A DNA stretch of 60,990 bases, counting the filler, from Sandaracinaceae bacterium (GTDB lineage Bacteria > Myxococcota_A > Polyangia > Polyangiales > JADJQN01): the NCBI GenBank assembly GCA_947483975.1. It is 6 parts of 6 records of this genome, joined end to end, with 100 filler letters (N's around TTAATTAATTAA, not from the genome) between each part and the next. Parts side by side here need not be neighbours in the genome. Positions count along the whole stretch, not along the records: positions 10,252 to 20,366 come from CANKOL010000181.1; 5 more parts are not named here. One strand, 5' to 3'. Within the stretch, counting starts at the first letter, position 1, and every line of letters begins with the position of its first letter. Positions 10,152 through 19,775 of the stretch are shown one piece after another. A program made the position numbers and the translations under genes. The notes under the pieces were generated by a model that saw nothing but the letters and a program-made list of their open reading frames with translations, was not told the origin of the DNA and made no database searches.

Positions 10152-10251
10152 NNNNNNNNNNNNNNNNNNNNNNNNNNNNNNNNNNNNNNNNNNNNTTAAT
10201 TAATTAANNNNNNNNNNNNNNNNNNNNNNNNNNNNNNNNNNNNNNNNNNNN
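10152..10251. other. Artificial contig linker (N44-TTAATTAATTAA-N44)
   Basis: 100-bp N run carrying a six-frame stop linker. Confidence 0.99.
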
Positions 10252-10466
10252 GCGGCTGAGGGGTCGACGCCCGCCGCGGCGAGGGCCATCGGCGGCATCA
10301 GGCTCTGCGCGGCGGCGGCTCGGGGCGTCAGCACAACGCCGACCAGGCCAGCGCCGAGCAGCCCAGCGCCGAGCAGCCCAGCGCCGAGCAGCCCAGCGCG
10401 GAGCAGGCCAGCGCCGAAGTGAGCAGGTGAAGACAGGGGGACGGCGAGCGAGTCGGGCGCGCGCAT
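10252..10466 (-). CDS. N-terminus of exported protein downstream of ftsX (possibly EnvC-like murein hydrolase activator), truncated
   Basis: ATG 2 bp after ftsX stop; hydrophobic leader with 15-bp GAGLL repeats ending AAAA-Q; EnvC guess is from usual ftsEX synteny only. Confidence 0.5.
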
Positions 10467-10468
10467 CG

Positions 10469-11350
10469 TCAGACCGCGAGGTAGCGGCGCAGGGACGCCG
10501 CGCTGCCGAGCCCGCCGGCGAGCGCGCCGCCGAGCACGATGGCGACGACGATCGAGGGGTCGAGGAACGCGGCGCGCACGCCGGTCAGCGCGGCGAGCGT
10601 GCCGTCGAGCTGCGTGTGGAGCGCGGCGTAGCCCCCGCCGAGCAAGAGCACGGCGACGAGCGCGGCGGTGAAGCCTTGAAGCGCGCCCTCGACGAGGAAC
10701 GGCCCGCGGACGAAGCCGTCGGTCGCGCCGCAGAGCTTGAGCACCTCGATCTCGTCGCGGCGCCCGGCGACCGCGAGGCGGATCGTGTTGCCGACGACCG
10801 CGAGCACGCAGATCAGCACGAGGAGCGCGACGACGGCCGCCGCGGTGCGCCCGCTCAGCACGAGCGTCTCGAGCTTCTGAAAGAACGCGCGGTACGTCTC
10901 GACGCCCTCGACGGCGGCGACGTGCCCGACGCGCGCGGCGATCTCGTCGGCGCGCGCGCTCGAGGTGCCGTCGCGCAGCGTGACCTCGAGGGACGCGGGG
11001 AACGCGTCCGCCGGCAGCCCCGCGAGCTCCCCGCCGACGTTCGCGTCGCGGGCGAACTGCGCGCGCGCCTCTGCGGCGCTCAGCAGCGTCACGCCGCTGA
11101 CCTCGCGGACCTCGACGAGCGTCGCCCGCAGGCGCTCGACGGCGTCCTCCGGCGCGCCGTCGCGGAGGTACACGGTCATCCGCCCCGAGCGCGACCAGCG
11201 GTTGGCCATCGACGAGAGGTTCGTCATGACGAGCAGCGCGCCCGCCAAGCAGAGGAAGGCGACGGCGAGGCTCGAGACGGCGACGGCGTAGAGCTTCGCG
11301 TCCTCGCGGAAGCCGCGGCGCGCGCGAAGGAAGGCAGTGTGTAGATCCAT
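10469..11350 (-). CDS. ftsX: Cell division permease FtsX
   Basis: TM-periplasmic-3TM layout, NTIRLAV..RRDEIEVLKLCGAT..FVRGPFLVEG; follows ftsE; GAAGGAG RBS. Confidence 0.92.
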   Translation of the reverse strand: MDLHTAFLRARRGFREDAKLYAVAVSSLAVAFLCLAGALLVMTNLSSMANRWSRSGRMTVYLRDGAPEDAVERLRATLVEVREVSGVTLLSAAEARAQFARDANVGGELAGLPADAFPASLEVTLRDGTSSARADEIAARVGHVAAVEGVETYRAFFQKLETLVLSGRTAAAVVALLVLICVLAVVGNTIRLAVAGRRDEIEVLKLCGATDGFVRGPFLVEGALQGFTAALVAVLLLGGGYAALHTQLDGTLAALTGVRAAFLDPSIVVAIVLGGALAGGLGSAASLRRYLAV

Positions 11351-11363
11351 CGCGGCAGCTCCT

Positions 11364-12281
11364 TCAGCCGGCGACGCGGTGCAGGCGCACCACGTCCGTC
11401 GGGTCAGCGTCGACGCGCGCGGCGCGCGTATGAGAGTGAATCGGCACCGCGACGGGCTCCGGGCGACGCACGGCGCCGCTGCCAGCCCAGTCCTCGAGCC
11501 CGCTGCGCGCCTCGAACACGCGCCCCTCGTCGATCACGACGAGCCGATGCGGGCGCGCCTCGAGCAGCGAGTGATCGTGCGTCGCGAAGACGACGGTGAT
11601 GCCGGACTCGTTGATCTCCTCGAAGAGCGTCAGCACATCGAGCGCGAGCTGCGGGTCGAGGTTGCCCGTCGGCTCGTCGGCGAGCACGAGCGCGGGCTCG
11701 GTGACGATCGCGCGCGCGACGGCGACGCGCTGCTGCTCGCCGCCCGAGAGCACGCCGGTGCGGTCGTTCCCGCGACCCGCGAGCCCGACGCGCTCGAGCG
11801 CCTCCCCGACACGCGAGCGGATCACCTTCTGCGGCATCGAGAGGATCTCGAGCGGGACGGCGACGTTCTCCGCGACGGTCCAGTGCGGCACGACCTTGAA
11901 GTCCTGGAACACGATGCCGAGGTTGCGGCGCAGGTACGGCACCGAGTCGCCCGTGAGGCGCGCGATGTCCCGCCCGCAGAAGAGGATGCGCCCCTCGTCC
12001 ACCATCAGCTTGCGGTAGATGAGCTGCAGCATCGTCGACTTCCCGGAGCCGCTCGGGCCCGTGATGAAGACGAATTCGCCGCGCTCGATCGTCAGGTTCG
12101 CGCCGCGCAAGACCGCGCGATCGCGGTCGAAGTACTTGTAGACGTCCTCGAGCACGAGGATCGGCTTCTCTCGACCAGAGGCGTCGGGACGATTGCCAGC
12201 GCGGAAGAACGAGAACGGGCGCGTGCCCGCCGACTCGTGCCCTGCGCCGTGCGCCGGTGTACGCGATCCACGCTTGCTCAT
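11364..12281 (-). CDS. ftsE: Cell division ATP-binding protein FtsE with N- and C-terminal extensions
   Basis: [48 protein letters not shown]; start uncertain. Confidence 0.9.
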   Translation of the reverse strand: MSKRGSRTPAHGAGHESAGTRPFSFFRAGNRPDASGREKPILVLEDVYKYFDRDRAVLRGANLTIERGEFVFITGPSGSGKSTMLQLIYRKLMVDEGRILFCGRDIARLTGDSVPYLRRNLGIVFQDFKVVPHWTVAENVAVPLEILSMPQKVIRSRVGEALERVGLAGRGNDRTGVLSGGEQQRVAVARAIVTEPALVLADEPTGNLDPQLALDVLTLFEEINESGITVVFATHDHSLLEARPHRLVVIDEGRVFEARSGLEDWAGSGAVRRPEPVAVPIHSHTRAARVDADPTDVVRLHRVAG

Positions 12282-12385
12282 GGCTCGACCGCTACCAGAG
12301 CCGACCGTCGAAGACAAAAAAACGACAGCAGCGGAAGGGCCCGCAGAGCGCTCCGCTCAGGGCCGGAAGTCCGCCGCGGGCGCGC

Positions 12386-13531
12386 TCAGAACGCCGGCGC
12401 CGGGTCCACGCCCCACGCCGTGTGAAAGACGCTGTCGAGCAGGGGCTCAGCGACCTTCGCGTGCGGCGAGAAGCCCCAGATGGCCTCCTGCGAGACGTCG
12501 TCGAGGCTCGCGTAATAGCGCCAGACGTAGAAGCCGGTGAACCACGGCTCCGGCAGGAAGACCTCGAACACGGCGGCGAGCGCGCGCGCCTGCTCCTGCT
12601 CGTCGATGACGACGTGCGTCATGTCGTCGGGCCAGAGCCAGGGCTGCACGGCGGCGTTCGCGCGGGTCGTGTAGCCGACCTCGACGAAGAGCACCGGCAT
12701 ATCGAGCGCCGCGATCGACGTGCGCACGAGGTCGCGCGCCTTCCGGGCGCCCTCGACGTACTCGCCGTAGCTCGCGCCGTCGTGCTCGGCGAGCGGGTAG
12801 AACGCGTTGATGCCGACGAGATCGAGCTGATCCCAGAAGAGCACGCCGTCGACCTCGTCCCAGTTGGCGCTGTAGGTCAGCCAGCCGTCGAACACCGAGC
12901 GAAGCTCGTCGATCAGCGAGCGCCAGTACGCGCCGAAGCGCCCCGACCAGCTCTTGCACTCGACGCCGATGGAGAGCGCGTCCGCCCCCGCCGCCTGCGC
13001 GTCGCGCGCCCAGGACACGACGAAGTGCCGGTAGGACGCCTGATACGCCGCCCAGCGCTCGGGGCTGCCGGGCTCGATCTCGCCGCGCCAGCCGCCCGTC
13101 TCGACCCAGAGGTGCGGGATGACGAGCACCTTCAGCCCGTGCGCGTGCGCCTGCTCGATCATGCGACGCACCGCGAGGCGGTTCTCCTCGTAGGGCGCCT
13201 CGAAGTCCATCTGGATGTCGGTGCTGTCGAGCGCCCAGAGCCGCCCGAAGGGCGTGATGCTCACCCAGTTGACGCCGAGGCGGACGAGCTCGTCGAGGAG
13301 CGCGTCGCTCTCGGCGGTGCCGTACCCGCGCCCCGGCTGCTGCGACGACTCGATCGGCCCGATGGTCACGCCGCGGATGGCGAACGCGCCGGAGTCGCGC
13401 CACCCGAGCGCCCCGTGCGGCAAGCGCCGCTGCGCCGCGCCGACGGACGGCGCAGCGAGCGAGGCGAGCAGCAGGAAGAGAGCGAGGGAAGCTGGCGGAG
13501 GACCGAGTCGACGCCAGCAGAGCGCGATCAC
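12386..13531 (-). CDS. Exported glycoside hydrolase family 113-like TIM barrel
   Basis: Signal peptide; GLKVLVIPHL, WRG, SIGVE (acid/base), YSANWD, GINAFYPL, FVEVGY (nucleophile), FYVWR, FSP.K. Confidence 0.78.
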   Translation of the reverse strand: MIALCWRRLGPPPASLALFLLLASLAAPSVGAAQRRLPHGALGWRDSGAFAIRGVTIGPIESSQQPGRGYGTAESDALLDELVRLGVNWVSITPFGRLWALDSTDIQMDFEAPYEENRLAVRRMIEQAHAHGLKVLVIPHLWVETGGWRGEIEPGSPERWAAYQASYRHFVVSWARDAQAAGADALSIGVECKSWSGRFGAYWRSLIDELRSVFDGWLTYSANWDEVDGVLFWDQLDLVGINAFYPLAEHDGASYGEYVEGARKARDLVRTSIAALDMPVLFVEVGYTTRANAAVQPWLWPDDMTHVVIDEQEQARALAAVFEVFLPEPWFTGFYVWRYYASLDDVSQEAIWGFSPHAKVAEPLLDSVFHTAWGVDPAPAF

Positions 13532-13541
13532 GCGGGGGGGC

Positions 13542-15767
13542 TCACAGCGGGGTGAAGAACACGTTGAGCGTGAAGTCGCCCTCGGGGCCATCCCACGTCG
13601 ACTGCTCGACCTGGAGATAGTAGACGCCGGGCGCGAGGGCTGCGTCGATCGCGGCCGTCGGCGACGCGCTCGCGCAGGCAGCCTCCGAGCCGCTGCACCC
13701 ACCGCTGCGGAGCACCAGCTGCTGCGTGCCGCCGCCGACGCGCGTCGCGATCGCGCTGAACTGCGTGCGGACGTCGAGCGTGAACGTGTAGAAGGCGTCT
13801 GCCAACCCACCGCCGCCGCACGAGCCCGAGATGGCGTCGTCGCCGAAGCCGATCAGCGTGCCCGAGACGCGCATGGACGGCGCCGTCAGCACGATGGCGC
13901 CGGGGCAGGTGTCGTTCGCGGGGACCGGCGTCGCGGGCAGCATCCGGACGCTCGCGCTGATGTCGCCGAAGGTCGCCTGCGTCGCCACCATCACGAAGTA
14001 GCGCCCGGGCGCGAGGCTGCGGAAGAGCTGCGTGCCCGTCCCGCTCGTGGTGCGGCAGCGCAGCTCGGTGCCGGAGCTTCCACAGCTCGTCTGCAGCGAC
14101 ACGGTGTCGCTCCAGCCCGTCGTCGAGGTCGTGAGCTCGACGTCGCTCACCGTCGTGACGTCGAACATGAAGTACGCGTCCGTGTAGCCGCCGGTCCAGG
14201 TGAGGCAGCTCGCGCTCCCGTCGAGCTCGAGCGCGCCAGCCGGCACGCGCCCGCCCGCGGCGGTGATGTCGACGGGCGAGAGGCAGGTGTCCCCGACGGG
14301 CGGCGGCACCGGGTCGGTGATCGTCGCGGTGATCGTCCAGGTGGTCGAGGCGAGGTCGCCCGACTCGATGAGGACGTAGTAGGTGCCCGCCGGCAGCGAG
14401 CGACGCAGGATGCGCGGCGCCGAATCCGCGAGGCAGGAGAGCGACGCGGCGGTCGAGTTGCAGTCGGTCGTCAGGCTGAGATAGGTCGTGGGCGTCCACA
14501 TCCCCGTCGTCCCGCCCGAGATGGTGACGTCCTTCGGCGAGGTGATGGTGAAGCGGTAGGCCGCGTCCTTGGCGCCGCTGCCGAAGTTGCACGCGAGGGA
14601 GTAGTCGTCCTCGACCTCGTCGAAGTTCCCGGTGAAGGTGCCGCCCGCGGAGATGTCCACGGTGCCCGGCCCGCACTGATCGACCGGCGGGATCGTCGTC
14701 GGGTCGGTGATGCGCAGGTTCAGGTCGAACGCCCCCGCGGTGTTGGTCTTGACGATGATCGCGTAGTCACCCGCGGGCAGGCTGCGGATGAGGGCCGAGG
14801 GCGCGGTGCTCGTGTTGCACTTCAGCTCGGGCCCCGTCGCGCAGTTCGCGAGCGAGCGAATCGCCACCGCGCCGCCGCCCGCGCCCGCCGCCGTCACGCG
14901 GACATCGCGGGCCTCGGTCAGGCTGAAGGTGAAGACCGAGTCGGGGCCGGAGCCGCCGCCGCACGCGAGCGTGTAGTCGCCGCGCAGACCGCGCGTCGAG
15001 CCTGAGTACGTGCCGGCGCCCGGCAGCGCCACGGCCGAGGCGCCGCAGGTGTCGTTGGCGGGGCTGCAGGTGGGGTCGTTGTAGTCGCGCAGTCCGTCGC
15101 AGTTGTCGTCGCGGCGGTTGGTGCAGTCCTCGACCGCGCCCGGGTAGATGTGCGTGCCGAAGCGCGGGTCGTCATCGCAGTCCTCACCGCCGCAGCGGCC
15201 GTCGGTGAAGCCGTCGCCGTCGAGATCGCGGACGTTGTAGACGCAGCCGAGCGCGGTGTCGCAGGAGTCGACCGTGCACGCGGACTCGTCGTTGCAGTAG
15301 AGCGGCGCCGAGGGACGACAGCCACCGACGAGCGGATCCGGGTCGCAGATCTCCATGCCGTTGCAGGCGTCGCCGTCCGAGCAAAGCTCGTGCTGCGGCA
15401 TCTCGAAGCAGGTGTTCGTCTCTTCGAGGCAAGCGGCGAGCGTGCAGTCGACGGTGTCGGTGCAGGGGTCGTTGCCCGCGACGCAGACGCTGCCTTCGCA
15501 GCGCTCTACGCCGTTGCAGTAGCAACCATCGTCGCAAGTCTCCGCGCCCGTGCACGCGTCGCCGAGCGTGGCGCCCGCCTCCGTGCAGGTGTCGACCGTC
15601 GCGTCTGGGTACGCGAACATGTCGGGAACGCCGAGGTCGACGCCCCCGAAGTCGAACGGGAAGGACGAGTCGGGGAGGCTCGGCGTCGGTACGGGCTTCT
15701 CGCAGCCGACGGTGGGCACGAGGAGCGAGACGGCGAGCGCGACGAAGGCAAGCTTCTGAATCCGCAT
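13542..15767 (-). CDS. Cys-rich lipoprotein B: CDDGxxCNG repeats, MopE-like metal-binding motif, four ~115-aa beta-sandwich (PPC-like) modules
   Basis: Lipobox PTVGC; DLDGDG..DCDD..PGAVEDC..DDNCDG; modules start PANDTC, PVDQC, VGDTC, PANDTC and end in LxxG(T/D/R/V)Y..F.L. Confidence 0.8.
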   Translation of the reverse strand: MRIQKLAFVALAVSLLVPTVGCEKPVPTPSLPDSSFPFDFGGVDLGVPDMFAYPDATVDTCTEAGATLGDACTGAETCDDGCYCNGVERCEGSVCVAGNDPCTDTVDCTLAACLEETNTCFEMPQHELCSDGDACNGMEICDPDPLVGGCRPSAPLYCNDESACTVDSCDTALGCVYNVRDLDGDGFTDGRCGGEDCDDDPRFGTHIYPGAVEDCTNRRDDNCDGLRDYNDPTCSPANDTCGASAVALPGAGTYSGSTRGLRGDYTLACGGGSGPDSVFTFSLTEARDVRVTAAGAGGGAVAIRSLANCATGPELKCNTSTAPSALIRSLPAGDYAIIVKTNTAGAFDLNLRITDPTTIPPVDQCGPGTVDISAGGTFTGNFDEVEDDYSLACNFGSGAKDAAYRFTITSPKDVTISGGTTGMWTPTTYLSLTTDCNSTAASLSCLADSAPRILRRSLPAGTYYVLIESGDLASTTWTITATITDPVPPPVGDTCLSPVDITAAGGRVPAGALELDGSASCLTWTGGYTDAYFMFDVTTVSDVELTTSTTGWSDTVSLQTSCGSSGTELRCRTTSGTGTQLFRSLAPGRYFVMVATQATFGDISASVRMLPATPVPANDTCPGAIVLTAPSMRVSGTLIGFGDDAISGSCGGGGLADAFYTFTLDVRTQFSAIATRVGGGTQQLVLRSGGCSGSEAACASASPTAAIDAALAPGVYYLQVEQSTWDGPEGDFTLNVFFTPL

Positions 15768-15783
15768 GATGACTCCGGTGTTC

Positions 15784-17898
15784 TCAGGGGGCCGCAACGG
15801 TGATCTCGAACGTGTATGCGCCCATGCTGCCCGGGCTGTATCCATCGACAACGAAGAAGAAGGTGCCGGGGCCCATCACTCGCGTCAGCGCGCTCGCGCC
15901 GCCTCCGCTGCCGCCGTCGTCATCGCAATAGGCGTCGCCGCCCGTCACGCACGCGTCCCGGAAGATCATGAGCACGGTGTCGAAGGTGCTGCCGTCGGTC
16001 GTCGCCGTGACGGACTGCGAGGCGGTGAGGTCGAGGCGGAACGCGACGTCGGGGCCGTCCGCGGTCGTGCCGCAGACGGTCGAGTGATAGTCGTCGAACG
16101 CGCCGATCGTCGTACCGCTGTAGGTGCCACCCGTCGGCGGCACGAGCACCGCGGTGCCGCAGCTATCGTTGCTCATCACAGGAATGATCGGAGTCGGCAC
16201 GGAGGTCGTCACCGTGAGGCCGAAGCTCGCGCGTGAGTAGCCCTCGACGACGACGAAGTAGGTGCCGGCCGCGAGGTTGCGCAGGCGCGAGCGCACCGGG
16301 AGGCCGCGGTCGCAGTGCAGCTCGGAGCCGCCCGTCTCGCAGGTCGTGCGGATCGACGCGTTCATGTAGCGGGTCCCGCCGTCGATGAGGACCGTGACGT
16401 CGCGCGGCTCCGTGATCGTGAACGAGTAGACCGCGTCGACATAGTTGTAGCCGCAGCTGGTGACGAGATCGTCCTGCTTGTCGGCGAGGGTGCCCGGCGT
16501 GAGCGTCTCGAGCGTGAGCGGGATGGCGTTCGCGCAGGTATCGCCCGCAGGGACCGGCGTCGAATCGGAGAAGGTGACGTCGAGCGTGAAGTCGATCGCG
16601 CGATACGACGGGCCATCGAGCACGATGAAGTACGTGCCCGCGGCCAGCGCGTTGACCGTGGTGTCGAAGGGCGCGCCGCCCGTGCAGCGCTGGACCGCGC
16701 CCGCGACGCCGCAGGTGCCGTAGATGGCCCCGTTGATGGTGTCGCCCGTGGACGCGGTCGCCGTGACGTGGACGTTCTTGGCCGTCGGCAGCGTGAACGA
16801 GTAGACGAGGTCGGGCGAGCCCGAGTAGCCGCAAGGCAGCGTGAGATCGTCGGCGACGCCCACGAAGGAGCCGACAAAACGGCCCCCCGCGCTGACGTCG
16901 ATCGGCGCCGTGCAGGACTCGTTGGTCGGCGGCTCCGTCGCGGGGGCGAAGGTGACCTCGACGTCGACCGAGTCGCCGCCCGAGGTGGTCCACGGGGCCG
17001 AGGCGATGACGAGGAAGTAGGTGCCCGCGGGCAAGGCGCGCGTGCGGATCTGGGCGGGGAAGCCCGCGTTGCAAGCGCGACCGGGGAGGCCCGCAGCGCC
17101 GCAGGTATCGAGCAAGCCGATGGCCGCGAGGGACGAGGTGCCGTTGGCGACGACGGAGACGTCCTGCGCCTCGGTCGTCGTGAAGGTGAGCACGACGTCG
17201 CGATAGCCGGAGCCCGCGCAGTTCAGGGAGAAGTCCGCCGCCGCGCCGATCGTGGAGACGGTGAAGACGCCGCCCGCGCTGACGTCGAGCGCGTCCGCGC
17301 AGGAGTCGTGCGGCGGGCCGCCGCAGTCGGCCTCGTCGATCATCTCGTCGCAGTCGTTGTCGACGCCGTCGTCGCAAAGCTCCGAGGCGTGCATGCCGCG
17401 GTTCGGGTCGCGGTCGTCGCAGTCGGTACCGCCGGCGCAATGCCAGTCGGCCTCGCCGTCCTCGTCGAAGTCCCGCGGGAAGTGCCCGCATGACTTGGTC
17501 TCTTCGTCGCAGCGGTCGATGGTGCAGACGTCGCCGTCGTTGCAGGCCTCCGGGGGGCCGGGGACGCAGCCGCGGATCGGGTTGCACTGCTCGACGCCGT
17601 TGCAGAAGATGTGATCGTCGCAGACGGTGAGATCGACCGGGTTTCGGCAGAAGCCGCGCGGATCGCAGGAGTCGGTGGTGCAGTCGACACGGTCGGCGCA
17701 GTCGGCGTCGACGCGGCAAGAGCGGAGCGTGCCGAGGTCCTCGTGACCGCCGTCCGGCAGCGCCGCGTCGGGCGGCGGCGGGGCGTCGGGCACGCCGCCG
17801 TCGACCGGCGGCACCACGTCGTCATCCCCGCATGCGGCGAGCGCGAGGAGCAGGACGAGGGCGAAGCTGGTCGAATTGTAAGGCGGTCGGGGGCGCAT
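15784..17898 (-). CDS. Cys-rich lipoprotein A, paralogue of 13542-15767 with the same architecture
   Basis: Lipobox LAAC; CDDHIFCNGVEQC, DCDD..ELCDDGVDNDCD; four modules (PHDSC, TNESC, AGDTC, SNDSC) with LxAGTYF/GPGTFF; GGAG RBS. Confidence 0.82.
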   Translation of the reverse strand: MRPRPPYNSTSFALVLLLALAACGDDDVVPPVDGGVPDAPPPPDAALPDGGHEDLGTLRSCRVDADCADRVDCTTDSCDPRGFCRNPVDLTVCDDHIFCNGVEQCNPIRGCVPGPPEACNDGDVCTIDRCDEETKSCGHFPRDFDEDGEADWHCAGGTDCDDRDPNRGMHASELCDDGVDNDCDEMIDEADCGGPPHDSCADALDVSAGGVFTVSTIGAAADFSLNCAGSGYRDVVLTFTTTEAQDVSVVANGTSSLAAIGLLDTCGAAGLPGRACNAGFPAQIRTRALPAGTYFLVIASAPWTTSGGDSVDVEVTFAPATEPPTNESCTAPIDVSAGGRFVGSFVGVADDLTLPCGYSGSPDLVYSFTLPTAKNVHVTATASTGDTINGAIYGTCGVAGAVQRCTGGAPFDTTVNALAAGTYFIVLDGPSYRAIDFTLDVTFSDSTPVPAGDTCANAIPLTLETLTPGTLADKQDDLVTSCGYNYVDAVYSFTITEPRDVTVLIDGGTRYMNASIRTTCETGGSELHCDRGLPVRSRLRNLAAGTYFVVVEGYSRASFGLTVTTSVPTPIIPVMSNDSCGTAVLVPPTGGTYSGTTIGAFDDYHSTVCGTTADGPDVAFRLDLTASQSVTATTDGSTFDTVLMIFRDACVTGGDAYCDDDGGSGGGASALTRVMGPGTFFFVVDGYSPGSMGAYTFEITVAAP

Positions 17899-18005
17899 AT
17901 GCGCGTCTCCTCGGCAGGGTTCGAGGCGCCCGGGCGGCGCCCCAGAAGTCTCTAAAGGTCCGTCACTATGTCACGATTCCGGCCTGGTCCAAGGCTGTCG
18001 ATGCG

Positions 18006-18024
18006 TTGAAATGCGTCGTTTCAA
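18006..18024. promoter_or_regulatory. Perfect inverted repeat TTGAAA-N7-TTTCAA in divergent intergenic region (candidate regulator site)
   Basis: AT-rich 6-7-6 palindrome in otherwise GC-rich DNA. Confidence 0.45.
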
Positions 18025-18056
18025 ACCGCGCGAGGCGCGTGATACGCTCGCGACTG

Positions 18057-19706
18057 ATGAAGACATCCGATGGCCAACCGGGGTGGCCGAGCGGGAATGT
18101 TCCGACAGACCCAGGGGTCGCGTTGAGCGAGTCCGTTGCGCCAGGGTCTGCGGCGACACCGCCCCCGTTGCTCTTGCCTCCCGCGTCGAACGCCACCTCG
18201 GGTGAGTGGCACGTCGACTCCGCGCACCGGACGCTCCTCGACAACCTTCCCGTGCTGGTCTTCCGGCACTCGGTCCGGCGCAAGCGCCTCACCTTCGTCA
18301 ACAAGGCGTGGGAGCGCATGCTCGGCCGCCCGCTCGCGGAGGCGTACGAGCACGGGCTCGCGCGGGCCCTCCCGGACGACGTCGCTCGCGCCGAGTTGAC
18401 CGTGTCGATCGCGCGCGCCGCGGCGGGCGAGGAGATCCCGTGGTCCGACGTCGTGTTCGTCGCCGCCGACGAGCGACGCGTGACCGTCCGGCTGATGCTC
18501 TACCCGGTCCTCGATGGGCGAGGCGAGGTCGAGGGCGTCGAGGGCATCGGGCGCAACGTGCAGGCCGAGGTCGACGCGCGGCGCAAGCTCATCCAGAACG
18601 ATCGCCTCGCGTCGATCGGCCAGCTCGCCGCCGGCATCGCCCACGAGATCAACAACCCCGCGGCGTTCGTCGCGCTCAACCTGCAGCACCTGACGCGCAC
18701 CTACCCGCGCATCCGGGACGGGCTCGCGGACGCGGCGACGCAGGCGCGCTTCGAGGAGACCCTCGCCGAGACGAGCGTCGGCGTGCAGCGCATCGTCTCG
18801 ACGATCAACGAGCTCAAGCTCTTCGCGCGGATCCCCGAGGGCGCGTTCTCTACGCCCGTGGACATCAACCGCCTGATCACCTCGGCGATCGTGCTCACGA
18901 AGAGCGAGATCCGGCACCGCGCGAGCCTCGTCACCGATCTCGACGACGGGCTGCCGCTGCTCCCGGGGGACCACGCGCGCCTCGGGCAGGTCTTCGTCAA
19001 CCTGCTCTTCAACGCCGCGCAGGCGATCCCGAAGGGCGACGTCGCGCACCACAGCGTGCGCATCGAGACGCGCGCCGTCCGGGACCGGATCCGCATCCGC
19101 ATCACGGACACGGGCGTCGGCATCCCGCCCGAGGTCCTGCCGCGCATCTTCGATCCTTTCTTCTCGACGTGGACGCACGGCGGCACGGGGCTCGGGCTCG
19201 CGATCAGCGCCGACGTGGTGCGAGAGATGGGCGGCTCCATCGAGGTCGAGAGCCACCCGGGACATGGCTCGATCTTCACGGTGGAGCTGCCCGTGCGCGA
19301 CGTGGAGGACCTCAACGCCGAGCACCCGCACCTCGCCGACGGTGGGCACGTCCTGATCATCGACGACGAGCCCGTGCTCGCGGCGGCGATGGCGAGGCAC
19401 CTCGGCACGCGCTTCGACGTGCAGCTCGCGCACGATGGGCCCGAGGCGCTGCGCGCGCTCGAGTTCACCGACTTCGATCTCGTCCTCTGCGACGTCCGCC
19501 TCCCGGGATTCTCGGGCATGGAGCTCTTCGAGACGGCGATCCTCACGCGCCCCGGGCTCGCGGGCTGCTTCGTGTTCGTCACGGGCGATCCCCTCGACGA
19601 TGCGCTGCGGGAGTTCGTCGCGCGGCACCGGATTCGCGTCCTCGAGAAGCCCTTCGACGCGAGCGACCTCGACCGCATCGTGGAGCGTCCCGCGAGCGGC
19701 GGCTGA
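18057..19706 (+). CDS. PAS-HisKA-HATPase-REC hybrid histidine kinase
   Basis: FVNKAWERMLG PAS; GIAHEINNP H-box; QVFVNLLFNA; DTGVGI; GTGLGL; receiver IIDDE..CDVRLP..EKPF; start uncertain. Confidence 0.92.
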   Translation: MKTSDGQPGWPSGNVPTDPGVALSESVAPGSAATPPPLLLPPASNATSGEWHVDSAHRTLLDNLPVLVFRHSVRRKRLTFVNKAWERMLGRPLAEAYEHGLARALPDDVARAELTVSIARAAAGEEIPWSDVVFVAADERRVTVRLMLYPVLDGRGEVEGVEGIGRNVQAEVDARRKLIQNDRLASIGQLAAGIAHEINNPAAFVALNLQHLTRTYPRIRDGLADAATQARFEETLAETSVGVQRIVSTINELKLFARIPEGAFSTPVDINRLITSAIVLTKSEIRHRASLVTDLDDGLPLLPGDHARLGQVFVNLLFNAAQAIPKGDVAHHSVRIETRAVRDRIRIRITDTGVGIPPEVLPRIFDPFFSTWTHGGTGLGLAISADVVREMGGSIEVESHPGHGSIFTVELPVRDVEDLNAEHPHLADGGHVLIIDDEPVLAAAMARHLGTRFDVQLAHDGPEALRALEFTDFDLVLCDVRLPGFSGMELFETAILTRPGLAGCFVFVTGDPLDDALREFVARHRIRVLEKPFDASDLDRIVERPASGG

Positions 19707-19775
19707 CGCGCGGGCGCGAGCAGCGCACGCAGGACTCTCTCCCCAGCGCCCTCGGCTCCAGCTACGCTGCGCCCC

